Assembly (NCBI GenBank): GCA_041662125.1 | Contig: JBAZTA010000003.1 | Span: forward strand, 7,992 to 71,991 | Length of the DNA stretch: 64,000 bases | Source of the DNA: Candidatus Omnitrophota bacterium | Lineage (GTDB): Bacteria; Omnitrophota; Gorgyraeia; Gygaellales; Profunditerraquicolaceae | Direction: 5' to 3' | Shown: positions 52,442 to 61,244 of the stretch, in pieces | How positions within the stretch are numbered: position 1 is the first letter of the stretch | How the letters are laid out: the number at the start of each line of letters is the position of its first letter | The notes under the pieces: generated by a model | What the model saw: only the letters and a program-made list of their open reading frames with translations | Databases searched by the model: none | Told to the model about the DNA's origin: nothing | Program-made: the position numbers and the translations under genes

Positions 52442-55234
52442 TTATGATTGGATTTTTTTAAGCGGGATATTGTAGATGTATGTAGCGCCTTCAAAGAGTT
52501 GAAATTCGTGGGTAATCGCTGACTTTGGCAGGTAGTAGATAGGCAGGCTGTTGAGGTCCAGGTTAATGGTATGCTTGCCAACGCTGACGTTGGGATAATA
52601 AAATTTACCTGTGCTGTCCGTAGTTATTTGTTTGCCGTTTTCTAATGTAATTACTGCTCCTGATACAGTTTTATCCTTAGCAAGAGTGTACTTGCCGTCA
52701 TTGTCGGTATCTTCAAAAACCGTGCCGGATACTTCCGCGCGTGAAATAATGCCGAAATCCACTCGAGCGATACGATGCTGTGAAAGAAGCACCTCTTGGC
52801 TTACCGGGACGGTTAATACAAAGCCCGGTAATAAGCTTGAAGTATCAAAGCTTACGTATGCTTTATGAGCTTTGATCTTCCTGAAGCTATAATAACCAAA
52901 GACATCGGTTGTCATATAATCATCATTTCCTAACCAGATCTTTGCTTGATATACGGGAGCTTCATTTTTCTGCATTAACCCATCGGAATTCTCATCTTTA
53001 AATACGTATCCTTCAATATTGCCTACGGTTTCCCAGCGATAGTTGCTATCCCACATGCAGCGCATGCCGACGTTAAAGTTTGCTTCAATACGTTTATCTA
53101 CCGTTTCTTTATCAGCCCAGATGTTCCTGATCGTCGTTGCAGCGTAAATTTCATTATAGTCAGTTGCCCTGTAGGTTAATTCAAGGTGGCCTTCTATTGA
53201 ATCTTCTCCAGAAAGAAACCCTAACGTGGAATCAGCGCTTTCTTCGTCACGGTAATAAAATCGCATGTTCCCATAAAAAGGAGTGGCGCCGATTTGACTG
53301 TAGTAGTCAACTCCGGTTTCAGTCGCATGCGGGTGATAGTGCACACCCGAGGCATCTTCTTTCAGCAAATTAAGTTCTTTATTGGCGTAAAAGTAAAGCG
53401 CGTCAATTAAATTAAAACGAATTCCCGCGAAGAACCTGTCATTTACGTAGTCAGAAGCAGGGGAAGAAAAATTATTGCTGATCTGATGGTAATAATTAGC
53501 AAAACCATACATATCTTTCATGAAATACATTTTCTGCGTGATGCCTAAGCCGGTTGTAATGTAACGGCTTTGCGCTAGTTTACCTAGATCATTCTGTAAA
53601 GAATAGTTAAAATTAAGGTTAGTATCGGGGGTAGACTGATAAGAAGTGTTCCAGTTGAAGTCTTCATTCAGGCGGTTGGGCTTCTCTTCTGCGGGGTAAA
53701 GCCGCTCTTTATAAATATCAAGGCTGCCATAGGTATTCCATAATTCATCGGGTTGATAATTGACGCTCAATATCCCGCCTATTTGTCCTTGTGCCCAACC
53801 GTTTCCGGTAATGCTTTGAAAAGCAGTATCCACATTCCTGAATGAGATGCTTGAGTTAGCCAGCGGCCATTTTTGATGAGTTTCAAAAACATGGGCAAAA
53901 GTTTCTGAATCATTGGCAATTTCATAATGTGCTCCCCATTTGTCAAAATTCCAGGTATTATAGAGGTCATATCCATAGGGGTTCAAGTCTTCTCCCCGGT
54001 CTCTTCCGTGTCCGTGTACAACGGTAAATTTATAGTTTTGGTGTTGTGTGGGTGTAAGGCTGACATTGGCACCTTCAAGGAAGGAGTTCTTAGTTTTACC
54101 TAAACTGGGTGATAAATTGCCATAACGCCCGCCGCCTTCTCTTCCCCAAAATAGAGTGTAATCGAGTTTTTTGTTAAATACAGGAGTGTTGAAGCTGATG
54201 CCGCGTAATTGTGAGCCGGAAAAAGCTAAATTGGAAAATGGCAATGAATAATCAAATCCGCGCAGGGAAAAATCTTTAAAGAATTTAAATCTGCCATTGG
54301 TCAAGCCTATGGTATAGTACGTAAGATCCGTGCTCGTAGCTACAGATCTTACGGTTGCCGCTGAGTCAAAATCTCCGTATGGTGTTTGTCCGGTTACTCT
54401 CAGGCCGTGGATCCATGAGTATGCAGTCCTGCGTAACGTGTTTTTTCTTAACCTCCTGCCTGTTTCAAAGGAAGACCAGTCAATAGAATAATACCATTTG
54501 AAGCTGCGGGCTAATTCTTCCTCTTGCTTGCGTAATTCTTCAAAGGTAGGCGCTTCAGGTTTAGGAAATATACCTAAGAAATCAACTGTCCAGCGGTCTT
54601 GAGCATCCCATACATGCACATAGGAATAACCGATCTCTTTGCAGGTTACTAAAACTTCATTATCATTTCTTCTGGTGACCGTAACGATATCAGGCTGGGT
54701 GGCTAAGAATCTTTGAATATTGCTCCCTCTGATAATTATGCTCCGGTCTTGTTCCAGTTCAATGGGTTTCGGGATATCTTTAAAGGTTTCATCCAAAACC
54801 ACGAGGCCAGGCACAGAGGTTTTTTCTATACTTACTTTGGCAGTGTCAAATTCCGGTATATATGATTGCCGGGTTTCTTGCGGGATAGCTTTATATCCAG
54901 GGCTTACTTTTGAATAATCAGCATCTGGTATTAGATCAGAAGCTTCTTGAAGGCCGGAACTTTCTGTTTGGATAGGATAAATGGAATCTGGTGTTTGTGG
55001 TTGCTCTCCTTGTTCTTCTTGAATGATGGCGATGTATTTTAAAGCGAGTTTATTATCGGGTTGCGCTAAAAGAGCATTTTTAAATTCATAGAGCGCGTCA
55101 TCGTATCTTCCTTCGAGGTAAAATTGCAGCCCGAGCTGGCAGAGGTATTCCGGTACACAGGTATATGCGTATACAGGTAAAATAGCTGCGTGTAAAAAGA
55201 CAGATATAAGAATAAGAGCAAAAAATTTACGCAT
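52442..55234 (-). CDS. Large outer-membrane protein: signal peptide, TPR region, central aromatic/Gly-rich predicted beta-barrel, two C-terminal CarboxypepD_reg/Cna-B-like beta-sandwich domains
   Basis: Signal peptide MRKFFALILISVFLHAAILPVYA. TPR region (YLCQLGLQFYLEGRYDDALYEF). About 550 aa rich in Y/W/G/N alternating strands. C-terminal domains VSGTVFEDTDNDGKYT and GYVFKDENSDGL. Confidence 0.6.
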   Translation of the reverse strand: MRKFFALILISVFLHAAILPVYAYTCVPEYLCQLGLQFYLEGRYDDALYEFKNALLAQPDNKLALKYIAIIQEEQGEQPQTPDSIYPIQTESSGLQEASDLIPDADYSKVSPGYKAIPQETRQSYIPEFDTAKVSIEKTSVPGLVVLDETFKDIPKPIELEQDRSIIIRGSNIQRFLATQPDIVTVTRRNDNEVLVTCKEIGYSYVHVWDAQDRWTVDFLGIFPKPEAPTFEELRKQEEELARSFKWYYSIDWSSFETGRRLRKNTLRRTAYSWIHGLRVTGQTPYGDFDSAATVRSVATSTDLTYYTIGLTNGRFKFFKDFSLRGFDYSLPFSNLAFSGSQLRGISFNTPVFNKKLDYTLFWGREGGGRYGNLSPSLGKTKNSFLEGANVSLTPTQHQNYKFTVVHGHGRDRGEDLNPYGYDLYNTWNFDKWGAHYEIANDSETFAHVFETHQKWPLANSSISFRNVDTAFQSITGNGWAQGQIGGILSVNYQPDELWNTYGSLDIYKERLYPAEEKPNRLNEDFNWNTSYQSTPDTNLNFNYSLQNDLGKLAQSRYITTGLGITQKMYFMKDMYGFANYYHQISNNFSSPASDYVNDRFFAGIRFNLIDALYFYANKELNLLKEDASGVHYHPHATETGVDYYSQIGATPFYGNMRFYYRDEESADSTLGFLSGEDSIEGHLELTYRATDYNEIYAATTIRNIWADKETVDKRIEANFNVGMRCMWDSNYRWETVGNIEGYVFKDENSDGLMQKNEAPVYQAKIWLGNDDYMTTDVFGYYSFRKIKAHKAYVSFDTSSLLPGFVLTVPVSQEVLLSQHRIARVDFGIISRAEVSGTVFEDTDNDGKYTLAKDKTVSGAVITLENGKQITTDSTGKFYYPNVSVGKHTINLDLNSLPIYYLPKSAITHEFQLFEGATYIYNIPLKKIQS

Positions 55235-55251
55235 ATGCTTATGATTGCTGT

Positions 55252-56169
55252 CTATTTGAGCGCTCCGATCTTTGTTACTTCCCCGTTTTGGTTAATTTCG
55301 ATCTCTGTTTCTTTAAGCATGATAGGCCCGCGGCCTAAACTTGCTTCCTCCACTGCTTTTCCCAGATTAATGGTTAAGACGACATTATAGACTCCTGCGG
55401 GGATGGAATCTTTCCAGGTAGAAGATATTTCCGCTGTATCGCCGGGCAGTGTATAGACAGGGTTAAATTCTCCGCGCGCGTAAATCATGCCTTTTCTATC
55501 CGTGATATGATAGGTGCTTGCGGTCGTAATATCAGCATCTCCGGTATTCTTTAGATCAGCAGAAATGATGAAATACTTATTTTTTGAATCTTTAGTGATA
55601 GAGAGTTTTTGCAGTTCCGCGCTGCGGTTTATCGCTCCTTTTACATCAACATAAAACAATGAGCCCAGCCGGATATCAAGGCCAACTCCTGATTTTATTG
55701 TTTCTTGCGATTGACCGATCTCAAAGCCTCTGCTATCCGCAGTACTGGTTTCAAAAAACATAACTCCTACATGGCTGCCTTTTGCGTTAGCCGGCACGGT
55801 AATCACATAGTTGATCGCTTGAACGCCGTAAGGAGAAAGCGTGAATTCTGCGGGGCTGAATTGTATCCAGCTGGCACAGGTGAACGCGGAAGTATTGGCA
55901 GGCATAAATTCTTTAGAGCCATCTTGTATTTTTTCATAGATCCAATCTTCAAAATAAACCTTAAATCTTAAGGTTTCGTTGGTCTGGCTGTACGCTTTTA
56001 CGATCCCTGATTGTGAGCCGCCCGGCGCCAGGAGCGCGCGGACTTTAGATTTATCGAGCCTATAAGAAATACCCTGGGCATTAACCGTTGTTATGAAACA
56101 ACAGGCAAGAATCGACATAAAACTATTGCATACTATCCGCTTTAACACTCTATCAACTCCTTTAAGCAA
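55252..56169 (-). CDS. Secreted two-domain beta-sandwich protein; candidate periplasmic chaperone-like component
   Basis: Signal peptide (the true start is probably MSILACCFITTVNAQG at ~56118). N-domain pattern R..L.......G.V.......L.F.V.FEDW is reminiscent of PapD-like chaperones. Confidence 0.4.
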   Translation of the reverse strand: MLKGVDRVLKRIVCNSFMSILACCFITTVNAQGISYRLDKSKVRALLAPGGSQSGIVKAYSQTNETLRFKVYFEDWIYEKIQDGSKEFMPANTSAFTCASWIQFSPAEFTLSPYGVQAINYVITVPANAKGSHVGVMFFETSTADSRGFEIGQSQETIKSGVGLDIRLGSLFYVDVKGAINRSAELQKLSITKDSKNKYFIISADLKNTGDADITTASTYHITDRKGMIYARGEFNPVYTLPGDTAEISSTWKDSIPAGVYNVVLTINLGKAVEEASLGRGPIMLKETEIEINQNGEVTKIGALK

Positions 56170-56278
56170 AAATTAAAAAACCTCAGGATACTAAAGAATT
56201 AAATCCTTTAGTATCCTGAAGTTATGTTATTTCTATACTGTTAGCCTGTAGTGTTCCATTAGGCAATAGTATAAAATA

Positions 56279-56980
56279 TTATTGCCATTCTGTCAATGTA
56301 ATTCTAACACTGCCAGAATAGGTTCCTGCTAAGGTTCCTTTGTCTATGGCAGTCCAACCAGTAGGCCTGGTTTCACCTGTTTTCGCAAACGGAGGAATTC
56401 CGTATTCAGCGCGAACAATCCTTGCCCTCTTGGCTTTTAAAATGCGGTTATGGCCGGTAGTTATATCTTTTGCAAGATACGTAACACCTAATTGAGGATT
56501 CAAGGTTATTTCCGCTGCGGTCAAAGCGCCTTGTTCTGGCCCGGTTGTAGAGTATTTGTCTTCTTTGGCATATACGGCAGTCCTTACAACTGCATCATCA
56601 ATTGCACTTGGAAAAGTTTGCGTGGTCTGCTGAAGGTCATATCCTTTTCCGCCCCAGCAATCAGGGAACATATAGATGATGAAAAAATCTTCAGCGTAGA
56701 AACAACCTGCGTCTCCTGTTTCAACGCCTGCAGTGTCTTTGAGTGAATGTGTTAAGGTGCCGAAATTCATGGTTGTTACTGAGCCAAGATTGGTGCATTG
56801 TGTCCAGGGGTTACCGGTTGCAACATAACTATACCCCTTGCATTTGAGCACTGCGTGGTCTCCAAAGCTGCTGCCAGAGTCAGCTACGGCATTGACACTT
56901 AAAGTAATGTCGGCAAACGCCAAAGTTGCGACTCCCAGCGCGCAGAGTACTATGAGCATTATTCCTAGTGTTTTCTTCAT
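56279..56980 (-). CDS. Secreted subunit-like protein with C-terminal AGTYSGSVRITLTEWQ strand
   Basis: Signal peptide MKKTLGIMLIVLCALGVATLAFA. C-terminal G-x-Y-x-G-x-(V/L)-x-(I/V)-T-L motif like the SCPU/DUF4402 family. Confidence 0.5.
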   Translation of the reverse strand: MKKTLGIMLIVLCALGVATLAFADITLSVNAVADSGSSFGDHAVLKCKGYSYVATGNPWTQCTNLGSVTTMNFGTLTHSLKDTAGVETGDAGCFYAEDFFIIYMFPDCWGGKGYDLQQTTQTFPSAIDDAVVRTAVYAKEDKYSTTGPEQGALTAAEITLNPQLGVTYLAKDITTGHNRILKAKRARIVRAEYGIPPFAKTGETRPTGWTAIDKGTLAGTYSGSVRITLTEWQ

Positions 56981-57053
56981 GTTTACTGCCCTCCTTTTAG
57001 GGTTGTGAATAGTTAGTTTTTTGAAATTTAAAGCTTAAATCAAACCACCTCCT

Positions 57054-58466
57054 TTATATTTCCGACAAGGAATATGTGATTCTGGTTGAATAGTTTCCAG
57101 CTTTGAGCTCTTTAGGAAAATTTAATTCGTAAATTATTTTAAATGAATCAGGGGATCCTTCTGCGTCTGAGAGAAGCAGGGTCATTTCTCCTTCTTTTAT
57201 CGCTTGAGGTTGCAGGTAACGTAAGCTCCCCTTTGTTGAAAGGCTTTCAGTTTTTAAGGTAAAGTTTGCTTCAGGGACAATTTGCCCTTCTCTGCTGGTC
57301 AGAAGCGTGAACAGCTTTTGATTGACTTGATAGCGCTTTCCTATATTTGATTTTATTGTTAAGGTAACTTCTCTTGGTTTTGCGGGTTGATTGGGTTTAA
57401 GATTACGAAACTCCAGCGAACCGAGTTGATCCTCGGGAGCTATGGTTAAGTCAAAGGCGCGTTCATTTTCCAACTCTAGGGTAAAAGTGTCAAGATTTGT
57501 CAGGTTACCCATTTCTTCCAGGGAGAATTGGATCTTAGTAGTATAATTACCCGCGGTTTGTTTAGTCAGGTCATTGAGCGAGTAGGTAATGATAAACGTC
57601 TTGTCAGCTTTTCCGTCAGGCAGTGAACTATAGAGAATTTGTCTACCGGAAGATAAATTTTTCTCTAAACTTTCCGCTGTTCCCATAGTGGCTTCTTTTA
57701 TTGCGAATTTAACGGCTTCATAACCAAGACTGTTGCCTTCTTTTGATTCCAATGGCTGCAGGATTGTCTGCACTATCTTGAATTGTTGAGAGAACGTGCC
57801 GCTTATGGTAACCAAAATATCGCCTGATTGGGTCTCGGTTTTCTTGGGATTTAAGGCGATCCTTTTGTTCCCTGAAACTGTCGAGAATTGGATGCTTTTG
57901 TTCTCATCTTTTGTTTGAGCTTGCGGGACAGTTGCCGATATATCAATGTATTTAACTACGTACGGCCTGGATGAACCGATCGGTTTAAGGGTTACACTGA
58001 GCTGGCCTGTATAGTATCCCGCTTGCAAGGTGGTAATATCGTTTACACTCAGAACCAAGGTTATGCTGTCGGCGCTGCCTGTTGTGTTGGAAACATATAT
58101 GGCCTGAGAAGTTCTTACTGGTGCATCGTTTGAAGGTAAGCGAAAGTCTCCGAATTGGTTGGTTCCCCGGATCCCTCTGACGACAAAGTTGTCTCTTATG
58201 GTGACATTGGGTTTATCCCTGTTTTCTAAGGGCCTGACAAGCGCTAATTCAATCTCATAGCGCGTAGCTACGTTTGAAGTAACGTTGATTTTGATACCTT
58301 TAGCTGGATTGACCTGGTTAAACTCTACTCGAAAACCGCCTTCAGTAAGGCTGTAGGATATGTCAAAAATATCCGCAGCTGATGCAGTTATAACAGAGCA
58401 GAAAAGCATTACGCTGCACAGTATTAGTATGTTCTTTAAGGTTGTTTTTTCTGATGTTTTAATCAT
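57054..58466 (-). CDS. Secreted protein with three tandem subunit-like domains, each ending in a G-x-Y-T-x-x-(I/L)-x-(V/F/Y)-(T/S)-L motif
   Basis: Signal peptide. Internal repeats AGYYTGQLSVTLKPI, AGNYTTKIQFSLEEM and AGNYSTRITYSLSEI. A sigma-70 promoter TTGACA-N18-TATAAT lies upstream at ~58475-58505 on the minus strand. Confidence 0.5.
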   Translation of the reverse strand: MIKTSEKTTLKNILILCSVMLFCSVITASAADIFDISYSLTEGGFRVEFNQVNPAKGIKINVTSNVATRYEIELALVRPLENRDKPNVTIRDNFVVRGIRGTNQFGDFRLPSNDAPVRTSQAIYVSNTTGSADSITLVLSVNDITTLQAGYYTGQLSVTLKPIGSSRPYVVKYIDISATVPQAQTKDENKSIQFSTVSGNKRIALNPKKTETQSGDILVTISGTFSQQFKIVQTILQPLESKEGNSLGYEAVKFAIKEATMGTAESLEKNLSSGRQILYSSLPDGKADKTFIITYSLNDLTKQTAGNYTTKIQFSLEEMGNLTNLDTFTLELENERAFDLTIAPEDQLGSLEFRNLKPNQPAKPREVTLTIKSNIGKRYQVNQKLFTLLTSREGQIVPEANFTLKTESLSTKGSLRYLQPQAIKEGEMTLLLSDAEGSPDSFKIIYELNFPKELKAGNYSTRITYSLSEI

Positions 58467-58740
58467 TGTCTCACCCAGGCTTATTATAGTACTATTTGCC
58501 TTAAAATGTCAATAACTTTATTAAACTTTTTACGTTCGTTCTGGTATAAAAAACAAAAAGCCGGATTGACCCTTTTCGTCAATCCGGCTTGAATTTCCGT
58601 GGCATTTCCCGATTACCTCCATAATCGAGAACACCGGACCCAAAAGATTTTAAAACATTTTTTAAAGTTTACAACTTCTTTACTATTTTGTCAAGCTGTT
58701 TCTTCCTTTTTTTTTGTAATAGGCTGTGGCAAATATCCTA

Positions 58741-59073
58741 TTAACAATGAGTTGTTTTATTTATGGCGCTCAGGTTTATTTTTAGTGAATGAGTGAAAAG
58801 TACAAGTGCCGGAGTGCCATTGTTAATAATATAAAAACCGCCTTTTATCTTGCAAAAGAACTTCTCCATCTGTCTTTTTTGGTTCTTTTCTTTTAAGACG
58901 TAAAGATATGGTTTTGGTTTAGCCGGTATTTTCCCATTTATTCTTTTGACAATATATATGAAATGCCGTTGAATTACAGTCCTGATCCCTTCTTTGTCTG
59001 CGGTTTCGGAACTGGTAATTATCCTTCGGTTTTTGTTTGGTGACGTTAAGTTCCGGTATAATAGGTCTCGCAT
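58741..59073 (-). CDS. Hypothetical 110-aa protein
   Basis: Open frame bracketed by two related hairpins. No motif recognised. Confidence 0.25.
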   Translation of the reverse strand: MRDLLYRNLTSPNKNRRIITSSETADKEGIRTVIQRHFIYIVKRINGKIPAKPKPYLYVLKEKNQKRQMEKFFCKIKGGFYIINNGTPALVLFTHSLKINLSAINKTTHC

Positions 59074-59461
59074 AGTAACCTCGTTTTGAGCCTGTGGACC
59101 TTTAATGAAGCCGGGTTGTCACCTTGTCAAGTTTTATTCAACCCGGCTATCCCCTCGATCTTCCTAGCTGGTGGGGATCTTTAAATAATACTTTATTAAA
59201 GTGTTTATTAAGATGTTAAAAAAAATCACTTTGCAAGTTGTTTAATATTTTCTTATTGCTTAGTTAGAGTATAACACCTTAATTTACATGTTTTCAAGGA
59301 GTTTCAGTGTTTTATAGAAAGCGTTTTCAAAGTATCGTTAATCCCGTTATTACCGTTAGTTTCGTCAAATTCGTTGATCGATAAATGTAATATTAACGAA
59401 CAAAATGAGCGAAACGCGTTAACAGTCTATGCTTTACTAAACCTTACTATTTGAAAGTGAT

Positions 59462-60100
59462 CTACTGCTTCTTGAAGGACATGCGGGGTTCTTTTTTTTG
59501 CAGGATGCGTTTAATGTTGGGAATATGGCGCACAATGATAAAAATGGATAGGATAAAACTTGATAGAATGAGTGTTGGTGAACGGTGCTTGAGAACCATG
59601 TACGCGGGAAAAGATATCGCTGCTAAAAGTGATGCCAGGGAAATTATTCTGGTTGCCAGGAAGCTTACAATCCAGGTAAGGATCACCAGAACTAATACAA
59701 GGCTGATCCCGGGGATCACCCAAGCGGATCCAAGTAAGACGCCTAAGGTAGTGGCTACTCCTTTACCTCCTTTGAAATTCAGGAATATTGTCCAATTATG
59801 GCCGGCGATACACCCTAATCCTATGATGATCCGCAGCAGCGCGGGGTCTAAAAGATGGGGTGATTTTGTAAGCGCTAGATCACCCAAAAGAATTACGGTA
59901 ACCAGGCCTTTGAGAATGTCCAGGATTAAAACAATAATGCCTGTTTTCTTACCGAGCAGGCGTGAGGCGTTTGTTGCTCCAACATTTCCTGACCCGAATG
60001 TACGTATATCAATGCCTTTTAAACATCTGCCAAAAATATACGCGGTAGGTATTGATCCGATAAGATAACTAATGGCTATTGCGAGTAGTATCCAAAGCAT
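59462..60100 (-). CDS. plsY: Glycerol-3-phosphate acyltransferase
   Basis: GSGNVGATNASR and other PlsY motifs, with 5-6 TM helices. Confidence 0.9.
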   Translation of the reverse strand: MLWILLAIAISYLIGSIPTAYIFGRCLKGIDIRTFGSGNVGATNASRLLGKKTGIIVLILDILKGLVTVILLGDLALTKSPHLLDPALLRIIIGLGCIAGHNWTIFLNFKGGKGVATTLGVLLGSAWVIPGISLVLVLVILTWIVSFLATRIISLASLLAAISFPAYMVLKHRSPTLILSSFILSIFIIVRHIPNIKRILQKKEPRMSFKKQ

Positions 60101-60620
60101 ATAATATCTTAAACCCCCTCATGATGTAGTCGATCCCTGATATAAGAGTAAAGAAAACGGCGATAGTCCAGAAAACATTCGAGATCTTTAATTGTAACAG
60201 TACGCTAACCACTGATGCCATTTGAAAGGTGGTTGTTAATTTGCCCCAGCGTGTCGGGGCAACATTGAGGTCTTTCTTGACAATAAAAATAACGATCGCT
60301 CCTAAGAGTATAATAATGTCCCTGCTGACGACGATAAGGGTGACCCAGAGGGGAAGGTGCAGGAATAAATACAGGCAAATAAAAGCGCTGGTTAAGAGCA
60401 GTTTATCTCCTAAGGGGTCGAGTATGAGCCCGGCTTTTGATATTTGCTTGGATTTCCTGGCAATGTAGCCGTCTATCGCATCGGATAAAACCCCGAGCAA
60501 AAAAATAGCCAGGGCGACAAAACGTAAAAAATCTTTTCCGGCAGAATAATAAATGAGGCTGGAAACAAAGAACGGAACAGTTAGAATACGGAATGTTGAG
60601 ATCTTATTAGCGAAGTTCAT
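60069..60620 (-). CDS. pgsA: CDP-alcohol phosphatidyltransferase (phosphatidylglycerophosphate synthase-like)
   Basis: DAIDGYIARK ... GLILDPLGDKLL, i.e. the Dx2DGx2AR...G...D...D pattern. Confidence 0.85.
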   Translation of the reverse strand: MNFANKISTFRILTVPFFVSSLIYYSAGKDFLRFVALAIFLLGVLSDAIDGYIARKSKQISKAGLILDPLGDKLLLTSAFICLYLFLHLPLWVTLIVVSRDIIILLGAIVIFIVKKDLNVAPTRWGKLTTTFQMASVVSVLLQLKISNVFWTIAVFFTLISGIDYIMRGFKILYALDTTRNSH

Positions 60621-61244
60621 TTATTGGATTAATCTTATCCGGTTAAGCGGCCAGTATATGATAAAAGCTTTTCCGATGACATTTTTTTCGGGGACAAATC
60701 CCCAATACCTGCTGTCTTGAGATGATTGCGAATTATCACCGAGTACATAATAACAGTTCTTTGGCACGACGATCTTCTGCCCTTCTTGTCCGTAGTCACC
60801 GCGGTTATAGTAATATTTTTTGCTAAAGACCGGGTCTAACAGGGGCCTGTCGTTTATATAAATGGTCCCATCTTTTATTTCGATACTTTCGCCTTCTGTG
60901 GCGATGAGCCGTTTGATAAAGTCTTTTTTCGGGTTTTCAGGATAAATAAAAACAATCACATCGCCCCGCTGCGGTTTTCTTACTGCCGGCAATCGGATAT
61001 CGGCTAAAGGCAGTTTAGCGCCGTATAAGAATTTGTTTACCAAAATAATATCCCCTTCGACCAAGGTCAGCCGCATGGATCCCGTCGGTATCTTAAAAGC
61101 TTGCACCACAAAAATACGGATGATCATCGCCAGAATAAAGGCAGTTATGATCGATTCAGACCATTCTTTGATGACTAATTTGATCTTTTGTTTCCGTGGT
61201 TCTTTTACATTGCCGGTACGTGAAGTTGGTTTGTCTATGCTCAT
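60621..61244 (-). CDS. lepB: Signal peptidase I
   Basis: Ser box (GSM), Lys box (RGDVIVF), and GDNSQSSQDSRYWGFV. The likely start is Met MSIDKPTS at 61244, overlapping the lepA stop by 4 nt; the ORF track extends to 61370. Confidence 0.85.
   Translation of the reverse strand: MSIDKPTSRTGNVKEPRKQKIKLVIKEWSESIITAFILAMIIRIFVVQAFKIPTGSMRLTLVEGDIILVNKFLYGAKLPLADIRLPAVRKPQRGDVIVFIYPENPKKDFIKRLIATEGESIEIKDGTIYINDRPLLDPVFSKKYYYNRGDYGQEGQKIVVPKNCYYVLGDNSQSSQDSRYWGFVPEKNVIGKAFIIYWPLNRIRLIQ

Noticed and set aside
59462-59540. Terminator downstream of plsY (CTTC-TT-GAAG ... T8)
   Set aside because: The inverted repeat is only 4 bp and the T-run is on the wrong strand for plsY, so it is not convincing.
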